Below, piece after piece: positions 55,101-63,998 of a stretch of DNA of 64,000 nt. The notes beneath the pieces were generated by a model that saw only the letters and a program-made list of their open reading frames with translations, ran no database searches and was not told where the DNA came from. The position numbers and the translations under genes were made by a program. Numbering within the stretch: position 1 is the first letter of the stretch; each line of letters starts with the position of its first letter. Origin of the DNA: a virus (lineage: Duplodnaviria > Heunggongvirae > Uroviricota > Caudoviricetes); the IMG/VR virus record IMGVR_UViG_3300035696_000002. One strand, 5' to 3'.

Positions 55101-56755
55101 TTCGCAACTTTGCGTTCCTCTTCGCCGCGACGAGCCACACCAGTTTCGTCAATCGCGATACCGATTGGGGCCTCGCCCTTGCGGACTTCGACCTTCTCTT
55201 CAACCGCCTTGACCATGCCTTCTTGTGCTTCTGCGGCACCAGTGCCCGGCCCGACGTTCGTGACCGGAGTTTCATGGGCAGCCGGGACGACGGAATCAGG
55301 AGTGGAACCGTGCTTGTGCGATTCCATGTTCTTCAAGCCTTCTTCAGCTTCACCCTTGGAGTGGAAACTTTCCAGAATCTTGTCGGTGTTGTGCTGCTTA
55401 ATGACCCACGGAGCGGATTCACCCTTTGAATTGGTGTGGCCCGGAACATGGGAGACATAGGCGACCTTGGCAGAGCTTTGGTGCGTCTTCAATCTGCTCT
55501 GTGTGACAGGGGCGTCGGCACCAACTGTCAGCGTGCCTTCGTTGTCGTAGTTGACGGGCTGGTCTTTGTACGCTTTGCCGACCTGATCGTAGAACACGTA
55601 GGTGTCCGTGTCGGGCTTGTATTCCATTTCCAGACCCATGGACTGTGCGATCTCGGCCATGTTCAGGTCAAGACGCTGCTCAAACGCATCCATGTACCCA
55701 CGCGGGTTCTTCTTTTTCATGTCCGCGTGAATCGCGTTCAGCTTGTCAATGATCGTTTGCAGGACATCCGCACCGCCCGCCATACCAATGCGGGTTTCGA
55801 TGGAGGCTGCTTCCTTGGATTCGCCCTTTTCTTCCTTTTTCTCGGAGCCGAAAGGCGGAGCTTGCTTCCCACCGAACGGTTCCTTGGCGGCTGCGGCACG
55901 CGGCACGCTTTCGCTTGTCGGCGGCTTGAAGCCCTTCTCGCCAACTTCGCCCGGCGTTACGCTGTTCGGCAGCAAAGACTGACGGAGAGCCTGATCGAGG
56001 GAGTCGAATACGTCCATCTCCTGCGGTTCAAGGACTTCCTGCGTCACTGCATCAGCAGTTTTGGCGGTCAGGAAGATTTTCTTCTTTGCAGTCGCGGCCT
56101 GCTTGAGCAATTCAGGGAACTGCTTCAGCGGATTTTCCGCGAGGAACGGGAAATTCATTTTCGGGGTGATGTCGGTCACGTCCAACTTGGTCGTGTCAAC
56201 AACCGTCATCAAGGCCTCAAAAGCCGAAGACAGGCGAGGATCGAAGTACGCCGCGAACACGATGTGGCGAAGCAGGTTCGTCAGCTTCGTGATATCATCC
56301 GTGTACTTGAAGTACTGGTACTCACGCTTGTTCATCCAGTTCGGTGCGAACAGGACGATGGATTCATACTTGCCATCGACGCTCTTGAAGAGCTTGTCCT
56401 TGATGGTCTGCAAATCGCCCTTGCTGTACTCGTCGAACTCGGTCTCGCCGATCTTGTGTTCGATCATGTCGGACATTTCTTCGCCGCCGAACTCACGCAT
56501 GAGGACGCCGTAGAGCAGGGAAGTCGGGAAGGTGTCGAGATTATCAGCAACCTTGGCAGGAACAATGAAGATGCGACCGATGGAGATGTTCTGGCGGAAT
56601 CCGCGATAGAAAACTTCGACAGACTGAGTATCGCCAGACGAACGGGCTTCCTTTTCGCCTGCCCTTACGGCTTCGGTGACTTTGGCCAACAGGTCTTCGC
56701 TGACAGCGAAGCTCTGGAATGATTTCAATGCGAGACTGTTTCCACTTGGAGCCAT
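52118..56755 (-). CDS. large putative head/internal polyprotein with KxA junctions and repeats
   Basis: 1545 aa; 3x K[QK]ADTADNPANE repeat; embedded Zn-finger domains. Confidence 0.6.
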   Translation of the reverse strand: MAPSGNSLALKSFQSFAVSEDLLAKVTEAVRAGEKEARSSGDTQSVEVFYRGFRQNISIGRIFIVPAKVADNLDTFPTSLLYGVLMREFGGEEMSDMIEHKIGETEFDEYSKGDLQTIKDKLFKSVDGKYESIVLFAPNWMNKREYQYFKYTDDITKLTNLLRHIVFAAYFDPRLSSAFEALMTVVDTTKLDVTDITPKMNFPFLAENPLKQFPELLKQAATAKKKIFLTAKTADAVTQEVLEPQEMDVFDSLDQALRQSLLPNSVTPGEVGEKGFKPPTSESVPRAAAAKEPFGGKQAPPFGSEKKEEKGESKEAASIETRIGMAGGADVLQTIIDKLNAIHADMKKKNPRGYMDAFEQRLDLNMAEIAQSMGLEMEYKPDTDTYVFYDQVGKAYKDQPVNYDNEGTLTVGADAPVTQSRLKTHQSSAKVAYVSHVPGHTNSKGESAPWVIKQHNTDKILESFHSKGEAEEGLKNMESHKHGSTPDSVVPAAHETPVTNVGPGTGAAEAQEGMVKAVEEKVEVRKGEAPIGIAIDETGVARRGEEERKVAKRTKGMLPTMDIRPGTNAKGNLSKLEMDRFRNGGYVEREHPDGIKAFCATLGSDKQADQALEDHAREVAAGGYGEQPLSKSATDKLRAVKLAIQFFRKDAGEIDADKWGTTPTLKSAAAHQASYIADIIGTEIDDPYVGMSPKAKKAAQEKEAKLATLRKEADVAVDLDEIWDSITEDIGPAPLIPVGNDGGQNSSTDGEAHVSEEMKSDEPEDTKSMSDSEAESQEDSTPEAKEDSGPKSEWAKNRGKSKSEESKKAEYQPKTGQPCTCKPGVQRDNCPQCEGTGQRIDFAAIRNRNKSGSDDMAGIGMGLGKLADLGLDPEGYEVDIQQVKEQLLDSGDAVECGRCGAVCAYSWDNVNYCENCSEPIGLDLPKDERIYHVSSSSGLGEWQCGNCGTYWVDRESPIAPREEEFDIDASTKQADTADNPANEKGGEGAIVNKTDADIKNTHGTTVKYDVTGSSKKADTADNPANEAGGSGAIEVKNRTDVKDTSGPEIKNTASKVAMEIPDRVLYDLLKWVTGGNRTGNPYTKPEIEAALRAIAKARGFKDVDKNWYDALDNWMPEAGAPEQEKQADTADNPANEKGGEGAIENKAKADISDTQGETPKFDVTGSMKTAWMNQYDIEEAVQRFANDPVLGKAARFMKDFMDEVNSHSDGWAYWQPPSRAAKQMMELLRRGEENQRNRYTNAPQAEITEKDFLRALAPIRAFYTRRGNAAGMQFPKVAADISGDMAEAKSELDYNKSEMADEPEAEKTVNPEHFARFAGIRFEAGRGATPQEKARYTYNSLKKIQRELTAAGVNAEYVRGGMLKGSDGANTWDMGYHWGNMSNGESVGTALCVINFNGKKERYSGWGYNADGSFEQGVAKVKEMFGQKPSGPAEVTPQPAVVPDYSGKSSSKKTADTVVDTGHGMSTHPEPEGQEQNQSGGGGISPAAIGEMAEAVPELLAVASDEKQAAAGDDVSEETPIDLGAGYLGDLVTEEPLPDVGSQKP
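53329..53842 (-). repeat. three dispersed coding repeats K[QK]ADTADNPANE.GG.GAI
   Basis: Copies near 53329-53385, 53659-53712 and 53788-53842. Confidence 0.85.
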
Positions 56756-56764
56756 GGTTTCCTC

Positions 56765-57283
56765 TTATTCCTTGCCGTAGTAGCTAGAATCAATTTTCTG
56801 AACTTCACGGCGAATCTCAGGATCGACTGCCGCCATTTCATCCTTGTAGTGCATCAGGATGTTCTTGGCCTGTCCGTCCTCAACGCCTGCCTTCTTCATC
56901 GCGATCTTGAACTTGGAGACCCACATGTCCGAGACGTATTGGAACTTTGGCCCGTCGAGATTGATGTAATCTCGCTTAGCCATCTGGTCGGACTCCATAA
57001 GCTCTTTGCCAAGCTCACGAAGTGCCCTGACCTGCGATTCCAATGCCTTAGTCGTGCCGAACTGGGTGACATCAATGTTGTCGCCCTGCCGGATCATCAT
57101 CTCCGTCGCCACTGCAATTTCGTAAGCGATCATACGTTTCAAGTCGCCGAGTGAAATGCTCGGGTCTTTGATCGCCTGACGGATGACGACAATGCTGCTG
57201 CCCTTCTCGCGGTCGCTTAATTCGCGGTCGCCGAGGCCGACGTAGCCTTCCGATGATGTGACAATCTCGAACTTATCGGCCAT
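56765..57283 (-). CDS. hypothetical helical protein
   Basis: GGAG RBS, operonic. Confidence 0.7.
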   Translation of the reverse strand: MADKFEIVTSSEGYVGLGDRELSDREKGSSIVVIRQAIKDPSISLGDLKRMIAYEIAVATEMMIRQGDNIDVTQFGTTKALESQVRALRELGKELMESDQMAKRDYINLDGPKFQYVSDMWVSKFKIAMKKAGVEDGQAKNILMHYKDEMAAVDPEIRREVQKIDSSYYGKE

Positions 57284-57285
57284 GA

Positions 57286-59145
57286 TTACTCCACGTCCAA
57301 TTTGTACGTGCCGTCCATCTCAACTTCCGCACGTTCCGGGCCGTCCATCGGGATATCCTGCTGCACCGCTGGCCCCATCAGATCGTACTCACCGAGGATG
57401 GCACGCCCGTCTTCCGGGGCACCAGCCGCAGTCTTGTGATTGGACGATGCCTTGTCCATTCCGGGATAGCTCAACAAAGTTCCGCCCGTCAGGCCGCAAT
57501 GCATGCCGCTGCGATATGTGCACGATCCGCACTTTTCCGCACCGATGATCGGATTGTGTACGCCCAACTTGTTCTTGAGGTACGTGCAATCAATCTGGCT
57601 CAGAGCAACCTTGATTGGCTTGTCTTTCAACGAAGCGACGAACTTGCGGCATGCTGCACCCGCCTGCTCGGCCCCGACCTTGTTGGCGGCGGCTTCGTAA
57701 ATTGCTTTCATGCCGTAGCCCTTGTTGTGCAACCGCTCAACATCAGCGGCGGCAAACTTGTACACGGCCTTCTTCGGCTGTTCCTTACGTACCGTTTCAA
57801 TGGTGCGTTCCTGAGATGCCGCCTGTTTTTCCTGCGGCAGAATGCTCATCGGACGCTCAAACGGCTTTGTCGTTACTTCCCGAACCTTGCCGAAATGGCT
57901 CTCACAGCTTGCACACTTGGCACTGCTCTGGAAAGCAGCGTTGCGGATGCCCTTCTTGGCGAGGAATTCGAGGTCGCTTTTTGCGACCACAATCCGGCCC
58001 GCGTCATCCTTGCGGAGTGAAGCGACAAAGTTCTTGATCGCTTTGCTCACATCCACATCGTTGAACTTCTCGCTCGCCCATTTGTAAATGCGGTCGAGGC
58101 TGGCTCCGGCTGCGTGCAGCTTCATCACGTGACTGGAGTCGAAAACAACTTTCGATGTTGCACGCTTCACACGCTCGGCCTGCTTGATGTCATACCCTTC
58201 AGTACGGGCAATCGCTGAACTGGTCTTCGGCGGCAGGACTTGCATGTCGGTGCGATTTGCGATCTGCACCAGTGCCGCACGCTTGTTCTTGTTCGGCACG
58301 CCCGGCGTCAAGAGGTTCACGATATGTGAAAGCTCGGCTGTGTTCGCTACAACTGGAAGGTGGTACAAATTACACGACTTGCCTGATGCGTCCTTCTTGA
58401 AGTAAGAGCAGTCGGTGCACGCTGAAATCTGTTTTACCGACTTGGCCTGCGGCGTAATGCCTGCCTGCTTCCATTGGTTATGCTGGCGGACACAATCATT
58501 GCTGCTGACGCTGCTGTTTTTGCCGCGAGGAGCGTCCTTCGGCATGTAAGTATTCGGCTCCAGATATGCCAAGCCCATGAGCCCGGCGTTACGCTGGAGG
58601 TAGTCCGTTGACATCTGGTGATTGAACACCTCAAGATCAGCGGCCATCTTTTCGATGATCTGTGCAACCTTCGCCGGAGATGTGCCCTGATTCAGCAAGT
58701 CCCTCACGTACTTCAGAGCTTGCCCATCAGTGATGCCCGTCGAGACGCTGTTCTCTTTGAAGTTTGGATCGGCCTTCTCAAGATTCATCGTCACTTCGTC
58801 CATCAACGACTCGTTGTCGCCGTAGGAATTCTTGTAATCCTCAGGCCGGGTTGTCGCAGTGCGACGCCAGTCTGAGGGGACTGAACTCACGTGTGGGGCA
58901 GCCTTTTCTTTTTCGTACAGGCGTTCACGAAGAACTGAACTGGTTCTCGGGCCGATAATAGGCGTGTGGTGAGAGGCCGACTCAGCGATTTCATCCATGA
59001 AATCCTTGTCCACGTACTGGTGCGTGCGGTTAAGCTGCTCCTCACCGGAGTCCTTGGCCTCGGCGAGATCGAGGTCTTTCCAATCGGGCTCGCGTTCATC
59101 CAAGAGTGCGTCGATAATGCTTGAGTAGGGTTTCTTCTCTGCCAT
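57286..59145 (-). CDS. putative virion protein with repeated Cys-rich modules
   Basis: CTDC..C, CASC, CGSC..C; two similar 'LH..G....IY..A..K' repeats; KxA motifs. Confidence 0.55.
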   Translation of the reverse strand: MAEKKPYSSIIDALLDEREPDWKDLDLAEAKDSGEEQLNRTHQYVDKDFMDEIAESASHHTPIIGPRTSSVLRERLYEKEKAAPHVSSVPSDWRRTATTRPEDYKNSYGDNESLMDEVTMNLEKADPNFKENSVSTGITDGQALKYVRDLLNQGTSPAKVAQIIEKMAADLEVFNHQMSTDYLQRNAGLMGLAYLEPNTYMPKDAPRGKNSSVSSNDCVRQHNQWKQAGITPQAKSVKQISACTDCSYFKKDASGKSCNLYHLPVVANTAELSHIVNLLTPGVPNKNKRAALVQIANRTDMQVLPPKTSSAIARTEGYDIKQAERVKRATSKVVFDSSHVMKLHAAGASLDRIYKWASEKFNDVDVSKAIKNFVASLRKDDAGRIVVAKSDLEFLAKKGIRNAAFQSSAKCASCESHFGKVREVTTKPFERPMSILPQEKQAASQERTIETVRKEQPKKAVYKFAAADVERLHNKGYGMKAIYEAAANKVGAEQAGAACRKFVASLKDKPIKVALSQIDCTYLKNKLGVHNPIIGAEKCGSCTYRSGMHCGLTGGTLLSYPGMDKASSNHKTAAGAPEDGRAILGEYDLMGPAVQQDIPMDGPERAEVEMDGTYKLDVE

Positions 59146-59155
59146 GGCTGTTTCC

Positions 59156-59473
59156 TTAGAAAGTTAGGTCGTCCAAGATCGAACCGAGAAATTCCATCGG
59201 CTCATCCTTGGGTGCTGCCGGGATCGCTTCCCCGTTGTCAACTTCGTCCACTACGAGTCGGACAATTTTGGTGCCCTGAACCTGCCAGAAATCCTTCGTC
59301 GAAGGACATTCATACACATTCCCGGCGACCCGACGCATCATGAATTCGTCGATCTGGCTCTGAATACTGAGGGGGATCGGAGTCGCAGAAGCAAAGTGAT
59401 TTCGGGAAAAAACGGCCTCATTGGCCCGCTGGGAGCCTAAACCGAAAGCTGGTGTGGGACGAGTCTTACGCAT
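59156..59473 (-). CDS. hypothetical protein
   Basis: First gene of the - strand head operon. Confidence 0.6.
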   Translation of the reverse strand: MRKTRPTPAFGLGSQRANEAVFSRNHFASATPIPLSIQSQIDEFMMRRVAGNVYECPSTKDFWQVQGTKIVRLVVDEVDNGEAIPAAPKDEPMEFLGSILDDLTF

Positions 59474-59575
59474 ATAGACCTCTCATCTAGGGGAAGCATA
59501 GTTACAAAGTTCCAAGAAAAACCCGAAAACCGTTTGAATAAAAACCGCTTTTCGCCCCTATTACAGAGGAACCCC

Positions 59576-60451
59576 ATGCAGACAATTAACAACACAATTT
59601 TTAGCTCAACAGCACCCGCCGATGGAGCATGGCGAAATATCTCGAATTTTGTGGCAATGTCGGTGCAAATCAGCACCACCTCAGCCGGGGCACCTTCGGC
59701 TTTCGACGCTGGGAACGTATGGATTGAGCTTTCCAACGACCCGAACGTCCTACTGGACGGTGCAACTATCGCCGCCCCCTCCGCCCCGACACTCAGCCAG
59801 TTCACACCCAATTATTCAGCCGGATACGGCAATGCGTCGCCGACCGTGGCCACGACCTACTCGGTACAAGTCACTTACGTGACCGCGTTTCCGAAGGGCA
59901 CCGTGCCCCTCGGCACTACTCAACCGGGCGTCCTGATTCCACCGCCTGAGACGACAGCCTCCGGCACGACTGCCCTGCTCGTGACCGCAGGCAATCAGCT
60001 TATCGTCGCCTCTCCGGCAGCCGATCCGCTCGGCGTCGCAACCGGGTACAACGTCTACATCAGCGTTGGCGGCGGGCCGTACATCTTGCAAAACTCTTTG
60101 TTCAACAGTATGGTCGGCCCCGGCAACCTGAAGGTCAACGGCCCGATTCCGCTGGGCGAACCGTTCTACCTGTTTGCCTACACCAACTCCGGCGTGCAGC
60201 CGCCTGCTACGAACACAACGGGCAGCCCGAACGTCGGCGTCAATGCAACCGGAAATATTTCGACTGGCGGCTTCAACAGCGACGAGTCGGTGCTATACTT
60301 TGACAATCCGACTGCCGCAGGAGCTTGGACAGCATCAAGCACCATGGCAATCTGGTCGCCATCTTGTCTGTACTTCAACTATCTCCGCGTCAGAAAATCG
60401 ACAGCGGGTACGAAGCTGACACAGGCGTATTTGTTCGGCCAGAACGGTTAA
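59576..60451 (+). CDS. putative virion structural protein
   Basis: Beta-rich Ser/Thr/Gly composition; ATGYNVY motif; GAGG RBS. Confidence 0.55.
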   Translation: MQTINNTIFSSTAPADGAWRNISNFVAMSVQISTTSAGAPSAFDAGNVWIELSNDPNVLLDGATIAAPSAPTLSQFTPNYSAGYGNASPTVATTYSVQVTYVTAFPKGTVPLGTTQPGVLIPPPETTASGTTALLVTAGNQLIVASPAADPLGVATGYNVYISVGGGPYILQNSLFNSMVGPGNLKVNGPIPLGEPFYLFAYTNSGVQPPATNTTGSPNVGVNATGNISTGGFNSDESVLYFDNPTAAGAWTASSTMAIWSPSCLYFNYLRVRKSTAGTKLTQAYLFGQNG

Positions 60452-60618
60452 CGAGATACCCGTCAGACCATCAAAAGACCGGATTACTTTCCGGCCAGTG
60501 TGCGATTGGCACATGCAGAACTCCATGGTTCAGTTCTGTACCATCGCGGGGCCGCTCGGCAGGGCGGGTGTGAGTCGCGGCCCAACCTATTTCGTGGAGG
60601 TGCCCCATGGACGAAGAA

Positions 60619-61140
60619 TTAAAGCGGTTGCTTGGCACCAGTTTGGTTATCGTCCTTGGAGCTTGTATCAGCACCGGGATTCTTCTCTCCGCCATCATCT
60701 GGGTTGTTGCTCGTTACCTTGGCGAACTTATTCAACTGCTCGGCAGCATTCAATAAAAACTCTGGATTTTCCTTGAAGTTGTCCAATCCCTTGTCGCAAC
60801 TCGTGCAAAGGAGTTTCTTCACTTGCCCGAAGACGTGAAGGTGCGTGCCGCGATTGTAGAGGGCTAGGGCGGCTCCGCAGATCGCACACTGTTTGTTCTG
60901 GGAACGCCAAAGCTCCAAGTAGTCGTTCGGTTTCATGTTGTACTTGGCCGCGAGCAAGGCGTCGTAGGCCTGCACCTTTCCCCAGAACGTGCCGCCGTAG
61001 GAATTATGGCAGGTCTTGCAGTAATCCTGCTTGCCACTCGCGGTGCGTTTGTTCTCCCCGAAGGCGTCCAAGGGCAGCCATTTTTCGCACTTATTACACC
61101 ACTTCTCTTTGTCGTTGAACAGTCGTTTGCGTCCCCGCAT
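60619..61140 (-). CDS. endonuclease VII-like zinc-finger protein (possibly inactive)
   Basis: CNKC..CKTC; Q..CAICG..LLCTSCDKGL. Confidence 0.7.
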   Translation of the reverse strand: MRGRKRLFNDKEKWCNKCEKWLPLDAFGENKRTASGKQDYCKTCHNSYGGTFWGKVQAYDALLAAKYNMKPNDYLELWRSQNKQCAICGAALALYNRGTHLHVFGQVKKLLCTSCDKGLDNFKENPEFLLNAAEQLNKFAKVTSNNPDDGGEKNPGADTSSKDDNQTGAKQPL

Positions 61141-61230
61141 AATCCCTCCTTCAAAACCCCTAATTAAGCATTTGAAATTAGCTGAATTTCTGACCGTAGG
61201 TAGAGGACATTTCCTCGAAGGACAAACATC

Positions 61231-62358
61231 ATGGGAGCACCTGTACTACAAACAACCAATTATGGTTTCCCGGCTCAGTACGCATCGAAGGTCGAGAACC
61301 TTTGGCCGAATCAACAGGGCGACAACGCATACGTCACAGCCTCGGCTGGTGACTGCCTCATCGCCGTCGCAATCGGTCTCAAGAGCTACGATCCGTTCGA
61401 TCTGTTTCACGGCTCCAGCCCGGTAACCCCGGCTGGCTGGGCGGCGGGTCTGAACGATTTCAATGCACAGCCCACCATCACGGACGGCTCCAGCGAGTCA
61501 TCCACGATCAGCAACATCGCTGAAACCGCTGGCAACGTCGTGACCTTGACGGTCTCGGCTGGTCAGTGGCAAGCTGGCGACCGCGTCAACCTCAGTGGTT
61601 TGACGACTGGCACGTGGCTCAACGGACAGAACCTCAGCTTGATCGCTGGCACATCCAGCACGTCACTGGTCTTCAATGACCCGACAATGCACGGTCTTCA
61701 GGCTTCGCACGCTGAGACAGGCACCGCAACGGAACTCGGCGGCAACGTTTGGACGCTCGGTTCCAGCATCAAGATCGCGGACTCAGACTACACGGTCTCG
61801 TCCGTTCCTCCGACTGCTCCGAACCCCTATCCTTCCAGCAAGTGGAGCCTTGACGGCTACTACCCCAGCATCTACATCTGGGTCGCTGAGAACGTACAGG
61901 GCGGCACCTACAAGGTCAACCTGAACTCCATGTACCAGCCGGGCATCACTGCCCCGCAGGACTGGTCGGGTGGTTCAGTGCCGATCTTCGACGGCGGCGT
62001 CAACTTCGGCGTGACCCGGTTCACGGGCATGACGGCGGTTGCGGCAGACGGTTCGACCACGGGCATTTCGTCCGCGAACCCGGCTGTCGGCTCTCCGGCA
62101 ATCGTCACCACGGGCACGGGCGACCTCGTTTTCGTCGTCGGTCTCCAGAAGAGTGCCAACGGCCTCGGCCTTGGTACAGACGCGACCTTGACGGCTCCGG
62201 GCTACAGCCGCGTGTTCAACGGCAAGCTGGTCGGTTCGGAAGCTCACTACCTCGTGCAGTGGGGCATCCAGACGGCGGCAGGCTCTTACACGCCGCAGTT
62301 TGCTAACCCGCTCGGCTACGAGACGGTACTTGCAGCAATCGCCCTGTCGCACTCATAA
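61231..62358 (+). CDS. putative virion structural protein
   Basis: 375 aa, beta-rich Ser/Thr/Gly composition; GDRVNLSGLT..LNG segment. Confidence 0.55.
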   Translation: MGAPVLQTTNYGFPAQYASKVENLWPNQQGDNAYVTASAGDCLIAVAIGLKSYDPFDLFHGSSPVTPAGWAAGLNDFNAQPTITDGSSESSTISNIAETAGNVVTLTVSAGQWQAGDRVNLSGLTTGTWLNGQNLSLIAGTSSTSLVFNDPTMHGLQASHAETGTATELGGNVWTLGSSIKIADSDYTVSSVPPTAPNPYPSSKWSLDGYYPSIYIWVAENVQGGTYKVNLNSMYQPGITAPQDWSGGSVPIFDGGVNFGVTRFTGMTAVAADGSTTGISSANPAVGSPAIVTTGTGDLVFVVGLQKSANGLGLGTDATLTAPGYSRVFNGKLVGSEAHYLVQWGIQTAAGSYTPQFANPLGYETVLAAIALSHS

Positions 62359-62380
62359 CCTGAGTAGGGCACAACGCGAA

Positions 62381-62410
62381 GCGGGCTCCCAAACCGGGAG
62401 CCCGTTTTTA
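62381..62410 (+). terminator. intrinsic terminator
   Basis: GCGGGCTCCC-AAACC-GGGAGCCCGTTTTTA. Confidence 0.8.
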
Positions 62411-62509
62411 TTTGTCGCGAATCCGCTGAAATCCTGAAAAATCCGGTATTAGATATTGCGAACAATGGGTCAATAAGTCAAAATTTCCCATTTTTACTGG
62501 CAAAAATTC

Positions 62510-63247
62510 ATGAGCGAGAACACCCCGTACTTTGATTCCATCACATCCGCCCGTGCCATGCTCCTCAACGAAGAGGATCAGCTTGAAGGCACGACAACCA
62601 TCTCACTCGAAACTTGCAGCGACCTCGCCGAGGAGGATATCCTTACCTACGTGCAGGAAAATTTCGCAGAATTTCTGCGGATGCTCCGCTTCCTGAAAAA
62701 AGAGGATCAGGAGCTTTTGCTCTCGTACTACCTCTTGTCCAAAACCCAAAACACTCTCGCGATCATCCACAAGAGCACACAGACTGTATGCTCATTCCGC
62801 ATTCGCATGGCGGTGAAAGTGCTGGGAACGTTCATCATGATGGGTGAGCCCACGGCAGAAAAGATGCACGGAATTCTCGCCAAGGCCGGAGTTGAGGAAG
62901 GATTGGAGAAGGTTCAGCTTTCAAAAGTCGTAGAGTTGTACGCGAAGACCAGATCATTCCAGCGGATCGCAGAAATCTACGGCCTGCATCGCCCGGATAT
63001 TCGCCGTGCCATGAGCCGGGCATCCAAGCAGCTTATGGAGTCGAAAGACGCCCACGAGCACGCCATCGGAGCCTACATCCACTCCCTGATTGACAAGGCC
63101 AACCCCAGCGGCACCGGATATAGTAAGCGGAAAGTGTCGAAGCTGGGCCACATCTACCGCGTTGACCCGCCACTGCTCGGCGAATTCCGCATCAAGGTCG
63201 ATAACCCAGACTTCGACCACATGTTCGTCAGCCGGGCAAATCGCTAA
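62510..63247 (+). CDS. transcription regulator with two sigma-region-4-like HTH domains
   Basis: LKKEDQELLLSYY..TQNTLA..TQTVCSFRIRMA; SFQRIAEIYGLHRPDIRRAMSRA. Confidence 0.55.
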   Translation: MSENTPYFDSITSARAMLLNEEDQLEGTTTISLETCSDLAEEDILTYVQENFAEFLRMLRFLKKEDQELLLSYYLLSKTQNTLAIIHKSTQTVCSFRIRMAVKVLGTFIMMGEPTAEKMHGILAKAGVEEGLEKVQLSKVVELYAKTRSFQRIAEIYGLHRPDIRRAMSRASKQLMESKDAHEHAIGAYIHSLIDKANPSGTGYSKRKVSKLGHIYRVDPPLLGEFRIKVDNPDFDHMFVSRANR

Positions 63248-63250
63248 AAC

Positions 63251-63275
63251 AAAAAGGGGACGCTTAGCGTCCCCT
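63251..63275 (-). terminator. terminator between convergent genes
   Basis: AGGGGACGCT-T-AGCGTCCCCT with T-run on - strand. Confidence 0.7.
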
Positions 63276-63302
63276 CAGTTCTTCGTACACGTGGTACGTG
63301 AA

Positions 63303-63998
63303 TTACATTGCACCCGGAGGTGTCTGCTGCGGCTGCCGTTTCTTCCTCGGCCCGCCAGTGCCCATCACGTAGTTGACGAAAGTCTCTTCGTCAAACCGTG
63401 GGTTGTCTTGCAGTAGGGGCTGGCTGATGCGACGAGCAAAGGCTTCACGTGCTTCGGGAGCCATCGGAGTTTCCTTGATGGCGTCGGCGATCATGATGTA
63501 GTCCTTGCGGGACATGGCCTTCTTGATGATCGAGGTCAAAACTGCCCCGATTTTCGAAGACATCTTGTTGACTTCAGATTCACCCTGTGCCTGCGGAATG
63601 TCCTTCACGAAAGAAGGAGCGGGTTCGCCGTCCATCACACCACTCTGCTTGTTCACTTCGGATGAACCCTGCGATTGCGGGATGTCAGCGACGAAATCAC
63701 CAGCGGGCTTCTTCACTTCGCTGATGCTGTATTCCTGCTTGGTGGGTTCCTGCTCGGCTCCACGCTTGTTGCCACGCTTGTTGCCCTCGGCTTCGCCCTG
63801 TGCCTGCGGAATGTCCAGCTTGCCCGGCGTGCGGGGCTGGCCGGAATGGTCGCGATCATCGACGTAGGCGTCAGAGCCGGAACCTTCCTTGGCTTCCTCT
63901 TCATCGCCCTTTTCAAAGCTCGGAGTTTCAGGAGCAGCCTCTTCGACAACTTCCTCTTCCTTAGCTTCAAAACTCGGGCCTTCCTCTTCGGCTACTTC
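63303..63998 (-). CDS. acidic putative head protein with DIPQxQG repeats (5' partial)
   Basis: Frame open to window end; 3x DIPQ[AS]QG..E.NK; KKA before final domain. Confidence 0.7.
   Translation of the reverse strand, partial: EVAEEEGPSFEAKEEEVVEEAAPETPSFEKGDEEEAKEGSGSDAYVDDRDHSGQPRTPGKLDIPQAQGEAEGNKRGNKRGAEQEPTKQEYSISEVKKPAGDFVADIPQSQGSSEVNKQSGVMDGEPAPSFVKDIPQAQGESEVNKMSSKIGAVLTSIIKKAMSRKDYIMIADAIKETPMAPEAREAFARRISQPLLQDNPRFDEETFVNYVMGTGGPRKKRQPQQTPPGAM

Noticed and set aside
63713-63970. 85-aa basic ORF in the track
   Set aside because: Wrong frame; the acidic frame continuous with 63303..63716 is the more credible gene.
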